Shown in pieces: positions 29,083 to 35,911 of a stretch of 64,000 nt of DNA. The stretch is taken from assembly GCA_050953285.1 (NCBI GenBank), contig JBMNMK010000002.1, forward strand, positions 1,120,844 to 1,184,843. Direction: 5' to 3'. The DNA comes from Atopobiaceae bacterium (GTDB lineage Bacteria; Actinomycetota; Coriobacteriia; Coriobacteriales; Atopobiaceae). The stretch's first letter is position 1. Every line of letters starts with the position of its first letter. The notes under the pieces were generated by a model. That model was given only the letters and a program-made list of their open reading frames with translations, was not told where the DNA came from and made no database searches. A program made the translations under genes and the position numbers.

Positions 29083-30285
29083 ATGAAGAACGAGGAAGTT
29101 TTTAGTATGCAGCATGATGAAAATGCGCTCGACAAGATTCAGTCACGCGGAAGCAGAATAGTCAAAACCAGCATCGTCGGCATCGTGGCAAATGTTGGCT
29201 TAGCGGCCATCAAGGCAGTCATAGGCATGCTGACTGGCTCCGTTGCCATCACACTTGATGCGCTCAACAACATCTCTGATGCTGCATCGTCGGTGATTAC
29301 CATCATTGGAGCCAAGCTGGCAGCAAAGCCTTCTGACAGAAAACACCCCTTTGGCTATGGTCGGGTAGAATATCTAAGTTCGCTCATCATCTCGTTGCTC
29401 GTTGTATATGCAGGTGTGAGTGCATTTGTCGAGTCAGCAAAGGCCATACTCAACCCAACCACGCCTTCCTACACAGGCGTAGCACTTGGATTGGTAGCGG
29501 CCGGCGTAGTCGTAAAAGTCCTGTTGGGGCGCTATGTCGTGGCGCAGGGCACCAAGCTTTCATCTGAGTCTCTTGTCAACTCTGGAAAAGATGCGCTCTT
29601 AGATGCCATCGTTTCCGCATCTACGCTGGTAACAGCCCTTATCTACATCTATTCCAACCTGACGCTTGAAGCGTGGCTCGGCGCTATCATCGCAATAATC
29701 ATCATCAAATCTGGTATTGAAATGCTGAGAGATGCGCTCTCAGAAATCTTGGGTGAGCGTGCAAATCCCCAGCTTGCAGATGATATCAAGCAGGTGGTTA
29801 ACCAATTTCCTGAAGTCCGCGGAGCATATGATCTTGTACTGAATGACTATGGTCCCGACACGTATTATGGCTCGCTGCATATAGAGGTCGTGGACACCAT
29901 GGATGCAGATCATATAGACGAACTCACCCGCAAGATAACCTCACAGGTGGCAAGCAGCTGTAACGTGATCCTTACCGCTATCAGCGTCTATTCATACAAC
30001 ACCACCAACGACCGTATACAAGAGATTAGAACGACCATTGCGCATGAGCTGGAAAAATATCCAGACGTACTTGAGATGCATGGCTTCTACGTAGACTTTT
30101 CTCAGAGTATGATCCGCTTTGATGTTGTCATCTCTCTTGAAGTGTGCAACAGAGAAGAACTCTACGACCAAATATGCAAAAACGTGCAAGCGCTCTTCCC
30201 TGACTACAAGCTGCTTACGGCCCTGGACACAGACTTTGCCGAGCCGCGCAAAAGCAAGATTAAGGCGATGAAATCTCATGGGTAA
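29083..30285 (+). CDS. Cation diffusion facilitator (CDF) family metal efflux transporter
   Basis: Six-TM N-terminal half with LDALNNISDA, HPFGYGRVEY and a C-terminal cytoplasmic domain. The start could instead be 29107. Confidence 0.85.
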   Translation: MKNEEVFSMQHDENALDKIQSRGSRIVKTSIVGIVANVGLAAIKAVIGMLTGSVAITLDALNNISDAASSVITIIGAKLAAKPSDRKHPFGYGRVEYLSSLIISLLVVYAGVSAFVESAKAILNPTTPSYTGVALGLVAAGVVVKVLLGRYVVAQGTKLSSESLVNSGKDALLDAIVSASTLVTALIYIYSNLTLEAWLGAIIAIIIIKSGIEMLRDALSEILGERANPQLADDIKQVVNQFPEVRGAYDLVLNDYGPDTYYGSLHIEVVDTMDADHIDELTRKITSQVASSCNVILTAISVYSYNTTNDRIQEIRTTIAHELEKYPDVLEMHGFYVDFSQSMIRFDVVISLEVCNREELYDQICKNVQALFPDYKLLTALDTDFAEPRKSKIKAMKSHG

Positions 30286-30862
30286 TCCAGACGCAACTGC
30301 CCTGACAGAACTCCTTGCACAGGAGCGCGGACACCTGCAAGAAAGCTGCGCTTCTGCGAGAAAATCCATTGAGGCAGCCCACGCCCTCCCCGACGATCAG
30401 GTGAGCAACCAGCTAGCAGCCACACTTGCCCACGACATCGACGCACTCATGCATGCCGCGCGCTACCTTTTTGTGCGAGAAGAACTACTTGTCCCGGCCC
30501 TCGGAGAGAGCGCAACTACATCAGATCTGGCAAATCTCACGTTCAGCCAGGATAACCGCGTGCGAGAGGCACTTTCCATGGCCGCATCTTTACAGACAAG
30601 CGCTGAGCGCACGCCAACGGGCTCCAACTTGGAATCGGTGGCATTTCAGCTGGAAGAAGCCGTAAGCGGCCTTGAGGATATTATCGCCCACGATATGACA
30701 GTGTCCTATGAGCCTACACAGCACAATGACCCAGAGTTCCTGGCAACCCTTACGTCTACATGCACGACACTGCTTGCAGAAGATACGTCAGTGTCGCTGT
30801 GGCCCACGTTTTTGGATAGGGCGGATATTGCCCTCAAGCTGCGGGGACACCAAGGTGCGTAG
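30278..30862 (+). CDS. Hypothetical protein (194 aa), translationally coupled to the CDF gene
   Basis: The ATG overlaps the CDF stop by 8 nt. I recognise no domain. Confidence 0.45.
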   Translation: MGNPDATALTELLAQERGHLQESCASARKSIEAAHALPDDQVSNQLAATLAHDIDALMHAARYLFVREELLVPALGESATTSDLANLTFSQDNRVREALSMAASLQTSAERTPTGSNLESVAFQLEEAVSGLEDIIAHDMTVSYEPTQHNDPEFLATLTSTCTTLLAEDTSVSLWPTFLDRADIALKLRGHQGA

Positions 30863-30882
30863 GCCTCATCCATACGCAAAAT

Positions 30883-31608
30883 ATGCAAGGGAGACCTGTG
30901 ATGTCACTTGAAAAGACGCTCAAGCAGCTGGCCGATACAACCAGCGAGTATCGCTACTTTAACGCCCGTACTGTTGCGACGGTAGACATTGATCACGTGA
31001 TCGGCGTGCGAGTGCCAAAGCTCCGCAAACTTGCAGCACAGATGCACCGCGATGGATCTGCATCGGCCTTTTTGCAGGAGCTTCCGCACTTCTTTTTGGA
31101 AGAGAATGAGGTACACGCCTATCTCCTCAATTACGAGAAAGACTTTGGTGCCGCCGTGGCTGCCTTGGATGCATTTCTGCCCTATGTGGACAACTGGGCG
31201 GTATGCGATGCGCTTGACCCAAAAGCATTTGCTCAGGCAGATACCGTCAGGCTCATTCAGCAAGCCGCACGGTGGATGTCATCTGAGCATGCCTTTACCA
31301 GGCGCTTTGGCATCAGCATCCATATGCGGCACCTTCTCGATACCAGCTTTGAGCCACCGTTTCTTGAAGACGTGTGTGCTGCAGACGACGGCTCATACTA
31401 CGTCCGCATGATGATTGCCTGGTACTTGGCCACAGCGCTTGATAAACAATGGAACTCAACGGAGAAGCTCATTGCCGCGCGAACGCTTGACCCGTGGATC
31501 CAGAACAAGGCCATCCAGAAGGCGCGGGAAAGTCGCGTCATTCCAGAGGAGAGAAAAGAGCATCTTAGGGGATTTCGCTTGAAGGCCACACGATCTTCTC
31601 GCCCATAG
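30883..31608 (+). CDS. DNA alkylation repair protein (AlkD-like HEAT-repeat family)
   Basis: GVRVPKLRKLA and YVDNWAVCD motifs resemble the DNA alkylation repair enzyme family. Confidence 0.75.
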   Translation: MQGRPVMSLEKTLKQLADTTSEYRYFNARTVATVDIDHVIGVRVPKLRKLAAQMHRDGSASAFLQELPHFFLEENEVHAYLLNYEKDFGAAVAALDAFLPYVDNWAVCDALDPKAFAQADTVRLIQQAARWMSSEHAFTRRFGISIHMRHLLDTSFEPPFLEDVCAADDGSYYVRMMIAWYLATALDKQWNSTEKLIAARTLDPWIQNKAIQKARESRVIPEERKEHLRGFRLKATRSSRP

Positions 31609-31621
31609 ACGCTTTTATACA

Positions 31622-31650
31622 TTGACACATTTCGATTTGTCGATTAATAT
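31622..31650 (+). promoter_or_regulatory. Sigma-70-type promoter candidate for the COG0523-thioredoxin-permease-arsR operon
   Basis: TTGACA (31622-27), a 17-nt spacer, then TAATAT (31645-50), 45 nt upstream of the TTG start at 31695. Confidence 0.5.
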
Positions 31651-31694
31651 ATCAACAGCTGTAGGAGAGAAGATTCTCTGAGAGAGGTGCCACC

Positions 31695-32627
31695 TTGGGT
31701 CACAAAATCAAGCTCTATGTTCTGACTGGCTTTTTAGGTTCGGGTAAGACCACTTTTTTGATGCATGTGCTCACACAGCTGGGAGGCAAACGTGTAGGCG
31801 TAATTCAAAATGAGTTTGGAAAGCTCTCCATTGACGGCGATATTCTGCGCCATGACAATGTTGAAATGAAAGAGCTCACCAGTGGTTCCATCTTTTGTTC
31901 CTGCTTGAAACTCAACTTTGTGCAAGCGCTTGCTGAAATGTCCGATCATGACCTCGATTGCCTCTTTGTGGAATCCTCTGGTTTGGCGGACCCCTCTAAC
32001 CTGCAGGAGATTCTGGACGCCGTTGATGTCTTGCGCCCAAACAAACCATACGAGCTTGCTGGCACCATTTGCCTGGTAGACGCTGTTGGATTCATGCATG
32101 ATGTCGTTGAACTTGAAACGGTGGAGCGCCAGCTGATCCATTGCAATATTGCGCTCATCAACAAATGTGATCTGGTTGATCGTGCACGAATAGAGGAGAT
32201 TACCCAGCGGATACATACCCTCAACAGGCATTGCCTTGTAGTGGAGACCGTAGATGGCGTCTTGGATCCTGCCTATCTAGAGCAAGATCTTACCCACTAT
32301 GAATGGGCACCCACGGAAGAGACAACCAACAGTGTCGACACCAAGCCCAAGACCTTCTCCATTGAGTTTGATGATGTTCCGCGCGAGCGTATGGACGCTT
32401 TTCTCACCGCGCTCATACCCCACTGCTATCGGATAAAAGGCTTTGGCAAGATCGATGGCGCTTGGCAGCAAATTGACATGGCTGCGGGAAAGATTGACTA
32501 CAAGCCCTGCGCGGACGCAGGGAAAAGCCGCCTTATCTTCATTTCAAAAGTAGGAATCAAGCTCATTAGAGACATCAAGCAGCAGTGGGATGCTCACGTA
32601 GGACTTCCAATCACACTCCATAATTAG
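31695..32627 (+). CDS. COG0523-family GTPase metallochaperone (CobW/YjiA/ZigA-like)
   Basis: P-loop GFLGSGKTT, a CxCC-like motif (GSIFCSCLK) and the ESSGLADP motif, followed by a C-terminal CobW_C-like domain. Confidence 0.85.
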   Translation: MGHKIKLYVLTGFLGSGKTTFLMHVLTQLGGKRVGVIQNEFGKLSIDGDILRHDNVEMKELTSGSIFCSCLKLNFVQALAEMSDHDLDCLFVESSGLADPSNLQEILDAVDVLRPNKPYELAGTICLVDAVGFMHDVVELETVERQLIHCNIALINKCDLVDRARIEEITQRIHTLNRHCLVVETVDGVLDPAYLEQDLTHYEWAPTEETTNSVDTKPKTFSIEFDDVPRERMDAFLTALIPHCYRIKGFGKIDGAWQQIDMAAGKIDYKPCADAGKSRLIFISKVGIKLIRDIKQQWDAHVGLPITLHN

Positions 32628-32638
32628 AAAGGTAAAAA

Positions 32639-32875
32639 ATGGACATCAAGGTTTTGGGGAGCGGTTGCGCGGAGTGTGACGAAATGTATGCCCACGTATG
32701 CGCCGCAGTAGAGAAACTCAATATAGATACCACGGTTCAAAAAATAGAAGATTTGGTAACCATGGTGAGCTTAGGTGTTATGCAATCCCCTGCCCTTATG
32801 GTTGACGGCAACATCTCTGCTGGTCATGCCATCTCTGTAAAGGAAGCTACCAAACTGCTTCGCAGCGTGCAATAG
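32639..32875 (+). CDS. Thioredoxin-fold small protein (redox-active disulfide protein 2 family)
   Basis: 78 aa with an MDIKVLGSGCAECDE N-terminus (CxxC). It has the typical position next to a DUF318 permease. Confidence 0.8.
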   Translation: MDIKVLGSGCAECDEMYAHVCAAVEKLNIDTTVQKIEDLVTMVSLGVMQSPALMVDGNISAGHAISVKEATKLLRSVQ

Positions 32876-32910
32876 ACATGTAGGAGGTGTGCAAAGAAGG
32901 AGGACGTCAG

Positions 32911-33912
32911 TTGGAAACTGTGGGTGTTTTCATAACAGAGCAGCTACTCAAGATGGACTGGCTGAGCCATGCCGTCTCGTATATACTCGTGGAACTTGGT
33001 ATCGATATCAGCTCTCATATAGGTGTAACACTGCAATTTTTCTTTTACGATGTTATAAAAATTACAATTTTACTATGCGTATTAATTTTGTTATCTCCCT
33101 GGTTCAGACCTATTTTCCACCAGAGCGCACACGCGCAATTCTGTCACGTTTTCCCCGGCATTGCTGGCAACACATTAGGAGCGCTCCTCGGCACGGTCAC
33201 TCCTTTTTGTAGCTGCTCATCTATTCCCATTTTTATCGGTTTCACCAGGGCAGGCCTTCCACTGGGTGTAACCTTTTCATTCCTTATCAGCTCCCCCATG
33301 GTAGATTTAGGCTCTCTTGTTCTTATCCTGAGTATCTTTGGCGCCCATGTTGCTCTCGTCTACACCATAGCTGGACTCCTCATCGCTATAGTAGGAGGAT
33401 CCATCATTTCACATGCACATATGGAGTCCGAGCTCAAAGATATTGCACGGGGTGAGGCGCTGCCCATGAGAGATGTCGCTCTTCCTACCTGGCGCATGCG
33501 ACTTGCTTCGGCCCTTGGCTCAACACGTCGTACCTTCAAGAAGGTTTTTCCCTATATCCTGGTAGGTGTTGGCATCGGCGCACTCATTCACAACTGGATC
33601 CCGCAGCAGATCATAGAGACCCTGCTGGTTAACAACCCCTTGGCGGTACCATTAGCAACTGTGGTCGGAGCGCCTATCTATGCGGATATTTTTGGGGCAA
33701 TCCCCATTGCTGAAGCCCTCTTCTCAAAAGGGGTAGGACTGGGCACCATCCTTGCTTTTATGATGAGTGTAACTACGGTATCCATACCGTCACTCACCAT
33801 GCTCTCTCAAGCAATAAAGCCAAAGCTTATGGGTGTTTTTCTCACAGTCTGCCTGAGCGGTATGATGATCTGCGGCATTCTTTTCAACGCGCTTCAGCCC
33901 TTTGTGGCCTAG
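32911..33912 (+). CDS. DUF318-type permease (ArsP-like), carrying an internal compensated frameshift segment
   Basis: TPFCSCSSIPIFIGF and GVTFSFLISSPMV motifs. A TTG at 32911 follows GAAGGAGG; an alternative ATG is at 32953. See the finding at 33086..33156. Confidence 0.75.
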   Translation: METVGVFITEQLLKMDWLSHAVSYILVELGIDISSHIGVTLQFFFYDVIKITILLCVLILLSPWFRPIFHQSAHAQFCHVFPGIAGNTLGALLGTVTPFCSCSSIPIFIGFTRAGLPLGVTFSFLISSPMVDLGSLVLILSIFGAHVALVYTIAGLLIAIVGGSIISHAHMESELKDIARGEALPMRDVALPTWRMRLASALGSTRRTFKKVFPYILVGVGIGALIHNWIPQQIIETLLVNNPLAVPLATVVGAPIYADIFGAIPIAEALFSKGVGLGTILAFMMSVTTVSIPSLTMLSQAIKPKLMGVFLTVCLSGMMICGILFNALQPFVA

Positions 33913-33933
33913 GCGCTCAAAGATTGGAACACT

Positions 33934-34227
33934 ATGAATCCCTCTCACGTCTTCAAAGCATTGGGTGATGAAAAACGTCTTGCCATGCTTCTCTCCATTG
34001 CATCCCATAACGACATCTGCGCCTGTCACCTCATTGACAAATTTGGTGTCTCACAATCTACCCTCTCGCACCACCTGGCCATTCTTGCAGATGCCAATCT
34101 TGTCACGACGCGCAAGGAGGGCAAGTGGATTCACTACACCCTCAACAGGGATACGCTACAGGAGTTAGAAAACACCCTGGACACACTCGTCCATATAGAT
34201 GGCGAGAAACCCAAAGATTGCTGTTAG
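33934..34227 (+). CDS. ArsR/SmtB family metalloregulatory transcription factor
   Basis: FKALGDEKRLAMLL...ICACHL...SQSTLSHHLAIL is a winged-HTH with a metal-site CxC in helix 3. The protein ends in a Cys-Cys pair. Confidence 0.9.
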   Translation: MNPSHVFKALGDEKRLAMLLSIASHNDICACHLIDKFGVSQSTLSHHLAILADANLVTTRKEGKWIHYTLNRDTLQELENTLDTLVHIDGEKPKDCC

Positions 34228-34232
34228 GTACT

Positions 34233-34922
34233 ATGGCACGCAAAAACGTTAGGCACTCAATATTTGGTAGACACCACAAGTGTACTAACAAGCACAAGCA
34301 GCGTCTCTTCTGGCTCCTGACAGGGATTTTTGCTGTAGGATTTCTGGTGCTCAGCGGCAATGTAGAACATCTTGTTGCTATTTTTTTGAAGGAAGGAGAA
34401 ACAGATGCCGCAACGCATAGTGTAAGCGCTCATGTAAGCTTGCAGTTGTCCAATGCACTCAGCACCTACACCACCCTTGCCTTAGCGGCAGCTCTACTCC
34501 TTAGTGTCCTTTACCTCATCTTTAAAAACCGCCGCTCACTCATAGCGCATTCCCGCATGCGTCGGCTTCAGCGCGGGTCAAGAACGATTGACGTGGGCGA
34601 TTTTCTCTGCCAGTTGGACACCCTTGTGCACAACGGGGATTTCAGCGGTATTTACGTGCTCTACAACGTTGATAAAGACGCATACTACGTAGGCCAAGCT
34701 CACCGTGTGCTTGCCAGGGTCAAGCAGCATTTCAGCGGTCATGGAAACGGCGATGTCTATGCGGACTGGAAGTATGGAGATACGTTTACTCTCACCATGT
34801 TTGACCTGTACCACAGTGGCTATATGAGCCTTGATGACTTTGAGCGTGACGCCATTGCCTACTATGGTGCCTACACTCATGGCTATAACAAAAATCATGG
34901 CATTCAAAGAACACAGCGGTAG
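34233..34922 (+). CDS. Membrane-anchored GIY-YIG nuclease-domain protein
   Basis: Two predicted TM helices (LFWLLTGIFAVGFLVLSG and TLALAAALLLSVLYLIF) precede a C-terminal GIY-YIG domain (GIYVLYN...YYVGQA...RVKQH...ERDAIAYY...GYNKNHG). The ATG lies 6 nt after the arsR stop. Confidence 0.7.
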   Translation: MARKNVRHSIFGRHHKCTNKHKQRLFWLLTGIFAVGFLVLSGNVEHLVAIFLKEGETDAATHSVSAHVSLQLSNALSTYTTLALAAALLLSVLYLIFKNRRSLIAHSRMRRLQRGSRTIDVGDFLCQLDTLVHNGDFSGIYVLYNVDKDAYYVGQAHRVLARVKQHFSGHGNGDVYADWKYGDTFTLTMFDLYHSGYMSLDDFERDAIAYYGAYTHGYNKNHGIQRTQR

Positions 34923-35004
34923 CAGTCACGGAAATGCCTGGATGAACCTCCTCAATTCTTGTTAGCATGCAAGCAGAACGCAGTATGCTCGTAGAGGAGG
35001 AACC

Positions 35005-35835
35005 ATGGATATTGCAACTCTAGAGCAGTTCTTGAGCTCCTATGTAGAACAGTCACCTGACAATCATGTCCGCGCATCATACGCACTTGACCAGTCATTT
35101 GTTGGCACGCAGCTCTTTGAGCGCCCACTGGTGCGCGTAGCAGATGCACACGACCCGCTCTTTTTGCGGATCCACAATGAGAAACACATTTTAGGACCTG
35201 AGTTTAAGCTGCCTGAGCAGTGGCTTCCCGAGGCTTTCCGCGTAATTTCAATCTGCTTTCCCCTCTCTGGTGCTGTGGTTCAATCCAACGCAGAGACGCC
35301 GCTTGAAAGGCCTTCTGACCTATGGCTTCATGCACGCATTGAAGGCCAGCGCTTCATTGAAGCAACCACGCGCGCGCTTGCACATTGGATCAAAGACGAA
35401 GGTTATGAGGCTACTATCCCCTCCCAAAGCCCATCCTTTACGGTGAAGAAAAAAGACACCTATACCTTAGGTGAACCGCTCTATATGAGCAGCTGGTCAG
35501 AGCGTCATGTTGCTTTTGTTGCGGGCATGGGTACCTTTGACCTCACCGCGCACCTCATAACACCAGCAGGCAAAGCCATGCGCTTAGCTAGCATTGTCAC
35601 AACGGCTCCGCTTGATGTCACACCACGCCCCTACGGGGATGACCCCTTTGCGTACTGCACCCACTGCGGTGCTTGTATTGCCCGCTGTCCCCAAAATGCC
35701 ATAACTCCTGCTGGCAAAGACGTCGAAAAGTGCTCAGCATTTCTCGACCAATCCAAAGAGCTCTACTATCCCCGCTATGGCTGTGGAAAGTGCCAGGTCG
35801 GCTTGCCGTGCACTTTTGGCATACCAAGGAGGTAG
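35005..35835 (+). CDS. 4Fe-4S cluster-binding protein, epoxyqueuosine reductase / reductive dehalogenase-like
   Basis: C-terminal CTHCGACIARCPQNAI plus a second Cys cluster CGKCQVGLPC. The family assignment is tentative. Confidence 0.5.
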   Translation: MDIATLEQFLSSYVEQSPDNHVRASYALDQSFVGTQLFERPLVRVADAHDPLFLRIHNEKHILGPEFKLPEQWLPEAFRVISICFPLSGAVVQSNAETPLERPSDLWLHARIEGQRFIEATTRALAHWIKDEGYEATIPSQSPSFTVKKKDTYTLGEPLYMSSWSERHVAFVAGMGTFDLTAHLITPAGKAMRLASIVTTAPLDVTPRPYGDDPFAYCTHCGACIARCPQNAITPAGKDVEKCSAFLDQSKELYYPRYGCGKCQVGLPCTFGIPRR

Positions 35836-35911
35836 TGCCAACAGAATGCAAAAAACCAGAGAATAGCACGATAGCAAGGGTGCTTGCATATGCCGAGCGG
35901 ACCTCACGACC

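Noticed and set aside
31600-31694. A Zur box upstream of the COG0523 GTPase gene.
   Set aside because: I found no good palindrome resembling known Zur operators. The region has only a consensus-like promoter and a short ACAGCTGT palindrome, so no Zur site is called.
34125-34232. Longer version of the GIY-YIG ORF, starting at ATG 34125 inside arsR.
   Set aside because: It would overlap the arsR 3' end by more than 100 nt in another frame, giving a Pro/Gly/Arg-rich translation. The ATG at 34233, 6 nt after the arsR stop, gives a sensible basic N-terminus followed by a TM helix.
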